From the NCBI GenBank assembly GCA_030324005.1, contig JARDVH010000106.1, forward strand, positions 34,834,242 through 34,898,241: DNA of 64,000 bases, written 5' to 3'. The position numbers were made by a program, and so were the translations under genes. Positions 24,955 through 38,115 of this stretch are shown here, piece by piece. A model generated the notes under the pieces. It was not told the origin of the DNA. It made no database searches and saw only the letters and a program-made list of their open reading frames with translations. How positions within the stretch are numbered: position 1 is the stretch's first letter; every line of letters begins with the position of its first letter. Origin of the DNA: Negaprion brevirostris. Lineage: Eukaryota.

Positions 24955-25574
24955 TACTCTTCTCCTTCTGTGAAGACAATGCTGGAATAGGGTTAGATGT
25001 GCATCAACAGCCCTCTGATACCTGAGCATAATGGCCAGCTTTCAAGTGGAATCCTGGAGCAGTGAAGTGAAAGCAAAATATTACGGATACTGGGAATCTG
25101 AAACAAAAACAGAAAACGCTGAAAAATCTGACAGCATCTGCGGAGAGAGAACAGAGCCAACGTTTTGAGTCTGGATGACCCTTTGTCAGAGCTGAAGTGC
25201 AGAGCACAGAGTACTGAAGTGTTGGCCTGACAACATAATCAAGGCTGTTGCTGTTCTCCCTGGATAGAATGTCAGCAGCCACTGGTAGATGCTGAACAGA
25301 AGTGAGAGCTTTTCTCCCTCATAAGGGTCCAGTTGTTGGTAGTGGTCTTATCGAACATGCTTGTCACTGGGGAGCTTGGCCACCTGGGAGTACATATGGA
25401 GAAATCTCAAGTGTGCAGTCCACAATTCTACATTCTTATAGTGGCAGTATCTGTAAAATTGATCTGCTGGTGCTACTGCAGATAACTTAGTAGAGAGATG
25501 CAATCACAGCTGCGGCCTTTCTGACCTGCATGACTCAGTAGAGCGTTGAGTTTCGCCAATGAATAGGTAAATGT
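24955..25574 (-). pseudogene. Pseudo-exon: Caspr-type fibrinogen-related domain, split by a Penelope-derived insert
   Basis: Acceptor ccaatttttaag. Reads TYSLAKLNALLSHA ... LTSVQHLPVAADILSRENSNSLDYVVRP; compare CNTNAP2 [30 protein letters not shown]. Confidence 0.6.
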
Positions 25575-26029
25575 CTTAAAAATTGGATCAGAAATGGAAA
25601 ACAGACACTCTTTACACTAGATTTTTTTTTAAACACCTCTAACAATTAACAATTTATAATGTGGAATATGACANNNNNNNNNNNNNNNNNNNNNNNNNNN
25701 NNNNNNNNNNNNNNNNNNNNNNNNNNNNNNNNNNNNNNNNNNNNNNNNNNNNNNNNNNNNNNNNNNNNNNNNNNNNNNNNNNNNNNNNNNNNNNNNNNNN
25801 NNNNNNNNNNNNNNNNNNNNNNNNNNNNNNNNNNNNNNNNNNNNNNNNNNNNNNNNNNNNNNNNNNNNNNNNNNNNNNNNNNNNNNNNNNNNNNNNNNNN
25901 NNNNNNNNNNNNNNNNNNNNNNNNNNNNNNNNNNNNNNNNNNNNNNNNNNNNNNNNNNNNNNNAAGTTCCTTGAAATAAACGGAAAAAAAGATTTCGATA
26001 TCTGAGCCTGCAGCAGATTAACATCAAAC

Positions 26030-26400
26030 AGCGCTCTCTATCATTCACTTCACTACAAACCAGCTAAACCCGGATGTGAAGCAAAGCAATGTTGCTCAAC
26101 CATGGTTACGACAGAGGCTGCTCTTACACACAGCCGTCCGGGACAGCTTTAAATTCCCGTCTCATGTTTCAGTGAATTTTGCGTATCATATGTATGCCAG
26201 GAAATGGAAAACTTTCCATGTTGGAGCTGATGGCATGCATTCCCGGGTCACTTATAGCAAAGGTTAGATCAAGGGCAAATCAATACTGTTTAACTATGTG
26301 CCTCAGTCCAAGATCAGAGAAGCACTCCCTGTAGCATTATGACGTTGCACTTCTACATAGCTTTCAGGATGGCCAGCATTACATTGTATTGACTGTTATT
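26030..26400 (-). pseudogene. Pseudo-exon: fibrinogen-related domain C-part and EGF
   Basis: One frame reads CNAGHPES ... ILD*GT*LNSIDLPL ... AVCKSSLCRNHG* ... SGF (EGF pattern C.S..C.N.G). Confidence 0.55.
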
Positions 26401-29146
26401 TTTTTTTGTATTCATTCAGAGAAGTGGGTTCTCATGGCAAGGTTAGTAACAAACTAACCTTTTGCAATGTTCAAGTGAACANNNNNNNNNNNNNNNNNNN
26501 NNNNNNNNNNNNNNNNNNNNNNNNNNNNNNNNNNNNNNNNNNNNNNNNNNNNNNNNNNNNNNNNNNNNNNNNNNNNNNNNNNNNNNNNNNNNNNNNNNNN
26601 NNNNNNNNNNNNNNNNNNNNNNNNNNNNNNNNNNNNNNNNNNNNNNNNNNNNNNNNNNNNNNNNNNNNNNNNNNNNNNNNNNNNNNNNNNNNNNNNNNNN
26701 NNNNNNNNNNNNNNNNNNNNNNNNNNNNNNNNNNNNNNNNNNNNNNNNNNNNNNNNNNNNNNNNNNNNNNNNNNNNNNNNNNNNNNNNNNNNNNNNNNNN
26801 NNNNNNNNNNNNNNNNNNNNNNNNNNNNNNNNNNNNNNNNNNNNNNNNNNNNNNNNNNNNNNCTCTCCAGGGAAAAGAGACCCAGCTCCCTCAACCTAAC
26901 TTCATAAGGCATGCCTCCCAGTCCAGGCAACATCCTTGTGGAGTTTTCACATTCTCCACACGTCTGCATGGGTTTGCTCCAAATGCTCCAGTTTCCTCCC
27001 ACAGACCAAAGACGCGTGGGTTAGGTTGATTGGTCATGCTCAATGGCCCCTTCATATCGGGGGGATTAGCAGGGTAAATGCGTGGGGCTACAGGGATAGA
27101 GGCTGGGTGGGATTATGGTCCCTCCCCATCCTCATCGCCACTATTCTGTGGGATCAGAAAAATTCTGATCAATGTGAACAATGATGCCAATTACTATAAA
27201 TCGCAGGAATGGCTAGAGTAACATAGTGATTATGAAACAAAAATAAAAAATGCTGGAAAAGCTCAGCACGTCTGACAGAATCTGTGGAGAGAGAATAGAG
27301 TCGCCGGCGTCTCCAAATCGAGAGAGAATAGAGCCAATGTTTCAAGTCAGAGCTGAAGACAACAAAAATCAAACAGGTTTTACACTATGAGGGTGAGGTG
27401 GGTGTGGGGGACTGTAATTGGACAAAGGGAATGTAAATGGTAATGATAAAGGCTGAGAAAGGAGCTAAGAGCACTCATTAAGGGATCGGAATGTGTGAAT
27501 GGCAGTTCAAAGGAGCTCAGTGTCAAAGCACAAACTGAGGAATGTGGCAGATGGCCCTGAGGGAGGGGAAGGGGTCAGGTTGGAACACCAGATGGACAGG
27601 GAGATTTCAGAAGTGGAAAAATAATATTAAGAATGTAAAGTAATAGAAAATGGTTGAGTAAGGCGAGAAGAAGAAACAAAATAAAATAAATGGAGATGGA
27701 GTGGAGGTGGAGGAAAGGGTTCTGAAGTTGTTAAACTCAATGTTTAGTCTGGAAGGTGTAAAGTGCCCAATCGGAAGATGAAGCACAGTTCCTCCAGTTT
27801 TCATTGGACTTCACTTGAACATTGCAAAAGGCCAAGAAATGACATGTGGACAGGAGTAATGGTTATGATGCTGGATTGGTAGCATCGAGGTTATTAGGTT
27901 TAAATCCCACTGTGCCAAATTCAGAAAACTGAATCCAATAAATCCAGTAATTTTGAAAGCTAGTACCAGAACAAATGATCTGCTGGATTGTGATTTAAGC
28001 TAAAATTTATTTATTAGTGTCACAAGTAGGCTTACATTAACACTGCAATGAAGTTACTGTGAAAATCCCCCAGTCGCCANNNNNNNNNNNNNNNNNNNNN
28101 NNNNNNNNNNNNNNNNNNNNNNNNNNNNNNNNNNNNNNNNNNNNNNNNNNNNNNNNNNNNNNNNNNNNNNNNNNNNNNNNNNNNNNNNNNNNNNNNNNNN
28201 NNNNNNNNNNNNNNNNNNNNNNNNNNNNNNNNNNNNNNNNNNNNNNNNNNNNNNNNNNNNNNNNNNNNNNNNNNNNNNNNNNNNNNNNNNNNNNNNNNNN
28301 NNNNNNNNNNNNNNNNNNNNNNNNNNNNNNNNNNNNNNNNNNNGTCACCGCGCCTTCTTACTCTGTGATTCATTTCCCACTGAAGAAGCCTCACAAACGC
28401 AGGTCATACCAGCAATTGTTACTTAGACAGCTAGGGATGGACAATAAGTATCACTTTCCTGGTATCAGTCACATCCTGAGAACAAGAATTTCAAAACATT
28501 GATCAGGCTGGGGCTACATATATATTTATTAACAATATGAAGTGTTACAGAGCAGGGGTAATATTTCATATACATACAATGCGACATGTCACCAGAATGT
28601 TAACTGCTCTCACAACTACCTTCAATAGAAATATCGTAAATCTGCAATTCAGTGGCAAAACTACCATTTTGCTGGCATGGCAAATGTACCCAATGCCCAC
28701 TGGAAGTGTGCCATGTTTGTAAAGGCAGGAAAAGAGGCATTCAGGGTTTATGCTTAAACAGGCTTTAAGTCATTTGCAGCTGCAAACAAGTATCCTAAAA
28801 CCTCTTTGCAAAGTTGGGCTGTGCGGAATACAACCAGCTGGCACAACTTGGATTGGCTGTAGGCACACCCGAACATGGGCCTGGGAGTGGAATTACATTG
28901 AGCTTACATGACTCCTGCTCAGCATCTCCAGGTGGCTCACTGGGGAGGAGAATTTCAATCTGGATGGATGCGGTGATCATCCTTTTAAGGATTAATCTGC
29001 AGGGCAAGAGTCAGATGACCCAGTGAACCAATCAGAGAGCAGGGTGGGGGGATGTGGGGAGGGGGTGGATTGACCCTAATAAGCATAGGCTTCTGTACTC
29101 AGGGTCATCTCAGCCATGCGGCTGCAAGCCTCTATATAGTTTTAAC

Positions 29147-29439
29147 CTGTAGATAAACAAGTTGTGTTTTCCCTAAACTGGCGAATGAGCATCTTTACAA
29201 TGGACAAAAGGCTTGCTTTGATAATCTGGGTAACAATTGACAATGCTGAGTGATGTACTGCAATCAAGTAAAGGCATTTTCTATTGCAAAACATTTCAGT
29301 TCAATCTTGGTGGCAACACTGACATCAATTTCAGAATGACAGCTAACATAATTGGCCAGTCATTCAGGTTGGAACAATTACACATTCCATCGCAAGTGAA
29401 GTGGGAGTCGAAAATGTGTCATGTCATGCGTCCTCTCAT
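29147..29439 (-). pseudogene. Pseudo-exon: fibrinogen-related domain, C-terminal part
   Basis: Acceptor ccaacatacag and donor CAG|gtta. Reads CDGMCNCSNLNDW...ILKLMSVLP, resembling CNCDA...W..D.G.L....LPV. Confidence 0.5.
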
Positions 29440-29499
29440 CTGTATGTTGGAATAATATGCCTGCCCATCTGATATCTGGCTAATTCTGTGCTTTCTCCC

Positions 29500-30168
29500 A
29501 CTGAGGTTGCAATTTTTGATAGGCGTAAACACAATGGGGATTCAATGGGCACGCCTTCTACCCTCCCACCCAGCTGGATATGTAGTCCCAAGACAGATTT
29601 CCCATGATCCAAAATACGATGCTCCACTAAAGCTGGTACAGGGAAGTTATGGAGGTGATTCTCTGACCTCGCTGCACCTGGCACAGATCCTGCCAATCCT
29701 AGAGAATAGCGTTGAGGCCTAAAAATCGGTTTCATGCCCAGCACCAAATGGCTTTGCAAGTCCTGGCCCCTACCTATTGGCATGAACCAGATTGCACCCA
29801 GAAATGGTGCAAGGCCGATTAGCATATTTAAAGTAGTATTTAAATATACAAAGTCTGTTCAAATCTCAGGGCATGGAAGTCTCCGTCCTTTGGGCATGGT
29901 CCAATAGTAGTGGCAATCAGTACTAGTGCAGACCTGGCATGATGGTCATGTCGGTGGGCTCCAAGGCCATTGAAGATCCCAGGGTGGCGGTGTCCATCAG
30001 GCAGTGCCCATCTGGTGGGCTCCACCTGGCACACTAGCAGTGGCCACCAGGTGCCCGAGCAATGACCACCAGACATCCTTGCAGTGCCAGTGGGGCAGCG
30101 CCAGTGTGCCTGAGGCAGTGCCAAGGATGTGGGGCTAGGCAATGGAGGTCATGCCAGGGTGGGTCATG
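29500..30168. mobile_element. GC-rich non-autonomous DNA element (PIF/Harbinger-like), running into a gap
   Basis: cagtgcca repeats and composition like the TIR elements at 43144 and 59436; the second end is not visible. Confidence 0.4.
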
Positions 30169-31041
30169 TNNNNNNNNNNNNNNNNNNNNNNNNNNNNNNN
30201 NNNNNNNNNNNNNNNNNNNNNNNNNNNNNNNNNNNNNNNNNNNNNNNNNNNNNNNNNNNNNNNNNNNNNNNNNNNNNNNNNNNNNNNNNNNNNNNNNNNN
30301 NNNNNNNNNNNNNNNNNNNNNNNNNNNNNNNNNNNNNNNNNNNNNNNNNNNNNNNNNNNNNNNNNNNNNNNNNNNNNNNNNNNNNNNNNNNNNNNNNNNN
30401 NNNNNNNNNNNNNNNNNNNNNNNNNNNNNNNNNNNNNNNNNNNNNNNNNNNNNNNNNNNNNNNNNNNNNNNNNNNNNNNNNNNNNNNNNNNNNNNNNNNN
30501 NNNNNNNNNNNNNNNNNNNNNNNNNNNNNNNNNNNNNNNNNNNNNNNNNNNNNNNNNNNNNNNNNNNNNNNNNNNNNNNNNNNNNNNNNNNNNNNNNNNN
30601 NNNNNNNNNNNNNNNNNNNNNNNNNNNNNNNNNNNNNNNNNNNNNNNNNNNNNNNNNNNNNNNNNNNNNNNNNNNNNNNNNNNNNNNNNNNNNNNNNNNN
30701 NNNNNNNNNNNNNNNNNNNNNNNNNNNNNNNNNNNNNNNNNNNNNNNNNNNNNNNNNNNNNNNNNNNNNNNNNNNNNNNNNNNNNNNNNNNNNNNNNNNN
30801 NNNNNNNNNNNNNNNNNNNNNNNNNNNNNNNNNNNNNNNNNNNNNNNNNNNNNNNNNNNNNNNNNNNNNNNNNNNNNNNNNNNNNNNNNNNNNNNNNNNN
30901 NNNNNNNNNNNTCGCATCAGACCACCAGTGGACCTTGCACCTGCTGTATGTCTGCTGACCCCACTAACCCAGAGCAGATGTGAATCACACTGGCTGCCAC
31001 TTAAGTGGACAGCTAATGTAAGATTGTGATCGTTAATTGAC

Positions 31042-31562
31042 CTTGGGTAGGGCCAGTGAATGCTTCCACTTCCATCCTCTGTGTGCACACGTAATATGTG
31101 AAATTTTGTCCGTGATCCCCTGTATTTCACTTCAGGTTTTTGTGAATGTGTCAAATCCTATTTTCACAGGTTATAAAGCCAGGATTTCTTTATAGCATAG
31201 AAATAAGCCTTTCCTTTTCTGTAAACATTTGACTTTGAGGGACAATAGCATTTTATGGAAACAATGGATCCAATGACCACATGAGCTCACTTGAGTTATT
31301 AGAATAACACTTCAAAACTGATTGAAAAAAACACACTGGTGTTTGCACTGACAGTGTGGTTTGCCTGACTCTCCACAATGTGACCAGAAAAATTATGGGA
31401 GACTCATTGAAGAAACACCTTCTCACTTTGAAGCAGAACAAGCAGAGGTTTTGCATTGCTACAAAGACACATCTGCAAGTCTGGGAGGTGAATGGGGTAC
31501 CTGATTATGAGCCAGCTTAATATAAGATCAAACTTTCACATTTATACCCATGGTACCCATTT
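31042..31562 (-). pseudogene. Pseudo-exon: Caspr-type fibrinogen-related domain
   Basis: Acceptor catttacag. Reads NGYHGYKCESL..AGS*SG / RYPIHLPD ... KPLLVLLQSEKVFLQ*VSHNF ... IKCYCPSKSNVYRKGKAYF; compare CNTNAP2 [21 protein letters not shown] ... VSYFCKMSRL. Confidence 0.6.
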
Positions 31563-33289
31563 CTGTAAATGTGATATATGTTGCTTCTAATTGACAAAAA
31601 ATAATGGCATGTGAAGCTGTCCTTCCTTCCAATATGAATACTTCATGCAGCTAATGTGAAGAAATAGTAGCCTCCTTCCTAGTGTTAGGAGATACTCATA
31701 GCTTTACATCTTTTATTTCATGTAGACTGCCACTGCAAGCTCTCTCTCTTGGAAGAAACACAAACTCGTAAGAATACCAGTCAACAAACGGACTGAAAAT
31801 TTATAAGATCAACATGTTTTGCAGCAGCACATCAGGAGGTGGGTTTCTTGCTCATTCTTTTTTCAGAAAATGACAGAGTAGTTTGTTGCCTATCCCCAGC
31901 ACACAGCTTTAACAAACTGATAGTGAACTTTCTCTGTGTTATTAAAATCACAAACAGTCATGTGAAGTCATTTCGGATGATATGTCAGCATTGCAATTGT
32001 GGTTCTATTCTGCTAAGAATAAATCATGCATTTTTCATGCTATACCTACTTATCGTTCACAGTTTCCTTCTCTAATGAGCAGAAGCCCTTTTTGGACAGG
32101 CCCATCAGAAGTTTTTTTTATTCATTCAGTTGTGGGACCTGGATATCACTGGCAGGCCAGCATTTATTGCCCATTTCTGGTCGCCCTTGTTCAGAGGGCA
32201 GTTGGGAGTCAACTACATGTAGGCCAGGCCATGTAAGGATGGCAGATTTCCTTCCCTGAAGGACATTAGTGAGCCAAATGGGCTTTTCCAACTGTCAACA
32301 ATGGCTTCATGGTCATCTGTAGATTCTTAGTTCCAGATTTTTTTTACTGAATTCAAATTCTGTGGACTGCCATGGTGGGATTCGTACCTGGGTCCCCAGA
32401 ACATTAGCTGAGTTTCTGGATTAATAGTCTAGTGATAATATCGCTAGGTCATTGCCTCCTCCAAAGAGGTGTGGCCTGTCATTGGCTCTTTCAGGGATAT
32501 CGCTCCCTTAGTTCCTCTTCTTGTAACTGCCGTTCTATCTCCTATTTCAGTATAACTGCATAGAGAATCTCCACCCTTTTGCTCTGCGGTGTGCTAACTA
32601 CATGATTTAAAAGTTTGCTGAGCCTGAAGGTTGAAGCTTTTAGCCTCAGCTCCATTCCTGAATCAATGTTAATGGTCAGCTGTATTTTCACGCAGTTGGG
32701 GAAATTCTGAGGGCTGATGAAGGTGGCAGGCAGGAGCCATTCTTGGCATCTCCAATATTGACAACTGTGTGAAAGGGGACGGGTTGCAAATTGCATACAT
32801 GGTGGTTATGAATTCGCTAGCCCCGTAAGAAAACAGGACAGAACAGGAAATTGTGATTTCTTTTACCCTCAAAACTTCCAGAGTTCCAGGCGACTTGGTG
32901 CTGGAGCCATGAACAGATCTGAGAGACAGAGGCAAATGGTTGTGAGGTTTCTATAGCAGCTATAGTGGCTGCATAGCTGAACTCGCCTCCTCTGAGGTAG
33001 AGGCCTGTGTTTTTACTCAGGGAAAAGGGAGTGTGGGGGGAGGGATGTTTGTTAAAGACCAAAGGTTCACACATGTGGGCTCCTGCTCATCAGTCTTTGC
33101 CTCATCAGCCAAGTGGGTGACAGCACAAACTGGGTTTGGAGTGTGTAAGCCATGGAGGAAGGATGTTCTGCTGAAATGGAGTGCAGGACCTTCATATATG
33201 TGCCATCTAGAGGAAAATGGTGGCAGTAGGGTACAGCCAGAGCCAGGGTACCAGGGCATGACTTGGTGGAGCCCCTAGACAGACAAGCA

Positions 33290-34195
33290 AGAAGAAGGGG
33301 GAGATATTACTTTGAACAAAGTGCGTGCAGAAACAGATACAGCTTGCTGGAATAAACTTAGAATCCAGCAAAGGAGGACTAAAAAGATAATAAAGACAGA
33401 CAAAATAAACCACCAGGGCAAATTAGTGAGGGATATAAAAACCGACAGTAAGAGCTTCTCTAAATATATAAAAAGGAAGACAGAGGTCAAAGTGAAAATT
33501 GGTCCCTTAGGAAATGAATCTGGGGAGATAGATTTGGGGAGAAGCGAAATGGCAGAGGAGTTTTTACAATGGGAGATATTTCAAACATCCCATGAATCCC
33601 AATGAATCAGGAAGGCTAATGGAATGTTGGCCCTTATTTCAAAGGGGTGGAGAACATGAGTAGGAAGTCTTGCTGCAACAGCTGAGTACTGTGAGCAGTT
33701 TTGGTTCACTTATTTAAGGAAAGATATTTTTTAGCTGGAGGCAGTTCAGAGAAGGTTCACTAGGATGATCACCGGTATGGAGGGATTGTCTTATGAGGAA
33801 AGGTTAAACAGGCTGGAGGCTCTACTCATTGGAATTTAGAAGGATGAGAGGTGATCTCATTCAAACATATAGGATTTTTAAAGTGTTTGACAGGGTAAAT
33901 GCTGAGGGGATGTTTCCTTTGATGGGAGAGTCTAGGACTGGAGGCAAAGTCTCAGAATAAAGAGGTACCAATTTAACACTGAGATGAGGATGAATTTCTT
34001 CACCTAGAAGGTTGAGATCTTTGGGACTTCTAGCCAAAGAGAGCTGTGGGAGTAGAGTCATTGTGTGTGCTTAAAGCTGAAATAGATAGATTTTTCATCA
34101 GTAAGTGAATCAATATGAGAAAGGGCAGTAACCCTATTGAATGGTGAAGCAAGCTTGAGGGGCTGAATGGCCCATTCTTGTTCCTACATCTTATG
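33290..34195 (+). mobile_element. CR1 LINE fragment with 3' end; other CR1 pieces at 18040-18365(+), 20800-21090(+), 26480-26935(-), 35500-36140(-), 38790-39230(-), 50520-50925(+), 57690-58390(-), 62910-62965(-)
   Basis: DIKTDSKSFSKYIKRK, LEAVQRRFTRMI, GLSYEERL, RRMRGDLI and typical CR1 3' tails. Confidence 0.85.
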
Positions 34196-34384
34196 GAATG
34201 ACAGGTGGTGTAGGTGAAGGTTGATGTCTCGAGACATGATAAAGGAAACCTGTGCCCTTTAGGAGGCAGACCTTTTATCTCAAACTTCTGGTGCACATGC
34301 TCTTCCAATAGCAGCCAAAGACACTGTGGCCCTCAACGGTTGTACAGTTTCCAGGACTTGATGTAAATCTATGCAGCATCTTAC

Positions 34385-34964
34385 TGTGAAATGTCCACAG
34401 GTGCATTGCTGCAGTCACCACTACCTTCTTTGCCAGAACAGAGGATTATATTAAGTTCCCTCCAGATGAGATGTGTCAGAGCCAAAAATAAATGGGGGTC
34501 ATGTCAGAGTCAGGCTCTCCACAAGTGCAAGCCATAACAAACTATACCCATTGCCATCAAAGTTCCATTGCAGGGGCAGCAGAGATAAATATAGAAATTC
34601 TTTTTACTTCATCTTTGTTCAGCTTGCTTGTTACCAAAATAAGGTTTTCCTCCCTCTCTGTGCAAGATTCCCTGGAAGCTGCCATGACTCATGACCCATT
34701 CATCTCAGTGGGTGGGGGAGAGCGATTTCAATCTGCCACAGCTTCCTGAGCCTATAGACCAGCTCCGTGATTGACTACAGGGCAACAAATGTTACCCATT
34801 GTGAAGCTGGCTGTTCTCCATTGTTCCATCTGGGAATTGTGCCAGGGCAGCATTATAGCACCAGTCACCATCAGACCAGGGCAACCAGCGAGCAGGGTAT
34901 TTGTATTTTTAAAAAATGGGTTTTCAATGCCTGATGTGTTTGGGAGGAGCACTGCAATGTCCAC
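34385..34964 (-). pseudogene. Pseudo-exon: Sushi/CCP followed by C-type lectin domain
   Basis: Acceptor tattattacag. Reads GHCSAPPKHIRH ... LPCSQSRSWSIGSGSC (CCP ends), then AASRESCTEREENLILVTSK ... WQWV (CTLD). Candidate donor gtaaga at 34384. Confidence 0.6.
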
Positions 34965-36481
34965 CTGTAATAATACCAAGAATAGAGGTGGTCTGCTGCA
35001 TGCTGTTTAAGATAGGCAGGAAAACAAGTTGTCAAGAGGAGGTAGAGAGTCTTCAAAAGGATATATACAGGTTGAATGAGTTGGCAAAAAATTGACAGAT
35101 GAATGAAAATTGTGGATAAAATGTACACTTGTTAAATTTAATCTATTAAGTACCAGTTAGCCAATATTTTTAACTTCCACTCAGCTGATAGCTACAGAAG
35201 GATCCTCCCAGACAGCTTTGTGAACCTTTGACAACTTCCTTCCTCAGTGACTGACATCCAGGACACCCCTTTATATGGGGCCAGAGCGGTGTAAAGCCTA
35301 CTGCTGATTCATGCATTGCCTTTGGCAATTAGTGTTTCAGGCTCTGCCATTCTTCCCCCCCTCCCCACCATATCTCTGGAACCACGTTGTCCTGATTGGG
35401 GGCATGCAAACTTGGAAATTTCCTGACTCCCGCAAACTGCCTCGCAGTTGAAAATCCAGGCCCATGGAAGTGGAAGTCAGGCTGTTGACTATGCTGATTG
35501 CTGTCCAGCATCATTTGGGCTTGTTGAGTGTTGAGTACACTGAGATTCCTGGGTGCCTTTGATCTTCACTCTTATTATATTTTAATGAATAATCCTGTTG
35601 TTGATTTTTCATTGTTATTTATATTCCTCCACATTGCTCTGCACTACTCTGTATTTTGTCCAACACGTTGTGTAATTTCTTGAGTTTACTCTAGATCCAA
35701 TGCCCGTCCTAGTTTGATATCATATGCAAATATGGCCAATCAGTATTGGGGTTTATGAATTCGAAGCATTGATGTAAGTTAGAACTAAGCTGAGCTCTGG
35801 GTGTTTAGTACAGACCCATTTTGGCATAAATACTTTAACAAGTACTTGATGTTTTCTAAATTTCAGAAAATTCCTTATGTGTTCACCAAGACCTGTCTCA
35901 GATTCCCAAATTTTAAATTTTTCTGTCGACATTTATCATCGTTGCTGTTGGTTGCTAATCCCTCGAAATGGGGATGACATTTGCCAGGCTTTGGGATTTG
36001 TGTACCTTCAGGTGACTCAGCAGATTAACCCTGAAACCACATGAAAGAATTCCATAACCAGGTTGAGGTAGATAGTGAAGAGAGTTGACGCAGTCACACA
36101 GCCTTTTATCCAAAGTCGTGCGAAAGCCAAAGTACACAATGGCACANNNNNNNNNNNNNNNNNNNNNNNNNNNNNNNNNNNNNNNNNNNNNNNNNNNNNN
36201 NNNNNNNNNNNNNNNNNNNNNNNNNNNNNNNNNNNNNNNNNNNNNNNNNNNNNNNNNNNNNNNNNNNNNNNNNNNNNNNNNNNNNNNNNNNNNNNNNNNN
36301 NNNNNNNNNNNNNNNNNNNNNNNNNNNNNNNNNNNNNNNNNNNNNNNNNNNNNNNNNNNNNNNNNNNNNNNNNNNNNNNNNNNNNNNNNNNNNNNNNNNN
36401 NNNNTTATTAACTGCTGTTTCCTATCTAATTACTTCTGATAATCAATTCTATTATATTACATATCAAATAGATTGCTTTGC

Positions 36482-37113
36482 CTGTGTCTATCCTTACGCT
36501 TGTTCGAAATGTGCACCATGTTAGCCATGTAATCCACTGGTGTGCCTTCCCCCAATTCACAGTGATCACCCTCTCACATCTCTTACAGTTCTTTGGGATA
36601 ATTACCACAAACCTCTGAGAATTCATTAATTAACTTAAGACCTTTTAACCCATCTCACATCTGTGTTTTGCTGAACTGTAAATGAAGCTAAATCAGTTTT
36701 CAAGAAATATTTCAAAAATTTCTTCCAAATGCCCAGCAAGAGGGGTAGCAGTTGTACACTGTGATGGCTATCAAAAACAATGATTAGGATTCCATGTACA
36801 TCTCCCTGCTTTCCAAAGTAATGTGCTCTCCAGCCTCCACAATTCTTTACTTGAGTAGAAAAGCCAACTTGGAATATTTATCCTCAACAGCACAGTAAAG
36901 ACAACTAAAGGTTAACAGTTTAGGCAGAAATTTCTGTTTGTCTCTCTTATGATTGATGTACGTATAGTGTGGATCATACATGGCCTGTTTTGAGAGTGGC
37001 TTTAGGCTTCTTGTTAAAGATCTGTCAATGTACAGTACAAAGTCTGACAACACCAGGTTTTATTTGTACAGTACGCCAGCCTGTGACTTTATCCTGGCAG
37101 AAGCTGCCATCTC
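36482..37113 (-). pseudogene. Pseudo-exon: EGF end and a ~200-codon cysteine domain (GON-like; uromodulin D8C is an alternative reading)
   Basis: Acceptor ccatctttccag. Reads GDGSFCQD..RT..QIFNKKPKA ... KYSKLAFLLK*RIVEAG ... F**PSQCTTA..AGH ... EVCGNY..NCKRC; another frame gives STQVKNCGGW. Confidence 0.55.
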
Positions 37114-37884
37114 CTGGAAAGATGGAGTACAACAATTACTTATGAAGAAAAATTATAGGCTCCAAATAAAAGATTCAACAATTTAAAGTTAAAGTTTATT
37201 TATTAGTGTCACAAGTAGGCTTACATTAACACTACAATGAAGTTACTGTGAAAATCCTCTAGTCGTTGCCCTCCAGCGCCTGTTTGGGTACACTGAGGGA
37301 AAATTTAGTAGGGCCAATGAGCCTAATCAGTGCGTCTTTCGGACTGTGGGAGGTAACCAGAGCACCCAGAGGAAACCCATGCAGACACAGGGAGAATGNN
37401 NNNNNNNNNNNGAACCTGGATTCCTGGCGCTGTGCTAACCATTGTGCCACTGTGCCACCCTTAATTCTTCCCAGATGTGCAGTTTCTGGACCTAATTCAT
37501 TTCATTTTTTTCTGCCAAACAATAAATTAAAGGCATATTGTTTGCTCACTATTAAATGTTCAATAAAGATTTTGGATTTATATTTCTATTTATCACAACA
37601 CATGCAAATGGGGAAATTTGAACCTGCAGGCAGGGAGCTGCTGGGTGATGTTAATGATCTCATTTAAACCCTGCTTTGCTGAAACTGACAAGGTTTTTAA
37701 AGGAAAAGTTTAAGAAGAGCTATCTGTTTCGGCCTCTCCGGATCCAGATCCTTTTATCTATAGCGGGAATGTGCAATTAGATCTTGATTTGCATACTGAA
37801 AGGAGGATCCCCACCAGCCTCAGACAGATCCATGACCATTGGCTGAGAAAAGCTCATGAAAATAAAACACATCAGGAATAAAAC

Positions 37885-38115
37885 AGAGGCCTCAGCTCAA
37901 GGTATACCCCCCGCCCCCACACAGGTCAAGATATACCCCTCAGGTCATGAATTACCCCTCAGGTTACGGTATACCCCTCAGGTCATGGTATACCCCTCAG
38001 GTCACGGTATGCCTGCCCCGGTGACGGTATACCCCCAGGTCACACTATACCCTTCAGGTCACAGTGTACCCCAGGTATACGGTATACCCCTCAAGTCAAG
38101 GTATACCCTCAAAGC
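37885..38115. repeat. Minisatellite, ~19-21 bp unit GGTATACCCCTCAGGTCAC, about 11 degenerate copies
   Basis: Direct tandem repetition visible in the sequence. Confidence 0.85.

Noticed and set aside
28800-29026. Plus-strand SRCR-like words (KLGC...GPGSGI)
   Set aside because: Wrong strand relative to the fossil gene, cysteine spacing does not fit and there is no splice support; likely chance.
37885-38115. CRISPR-like array
   Set aside because: Tandem units without unique spacers, vertebrate context and no cas genes.
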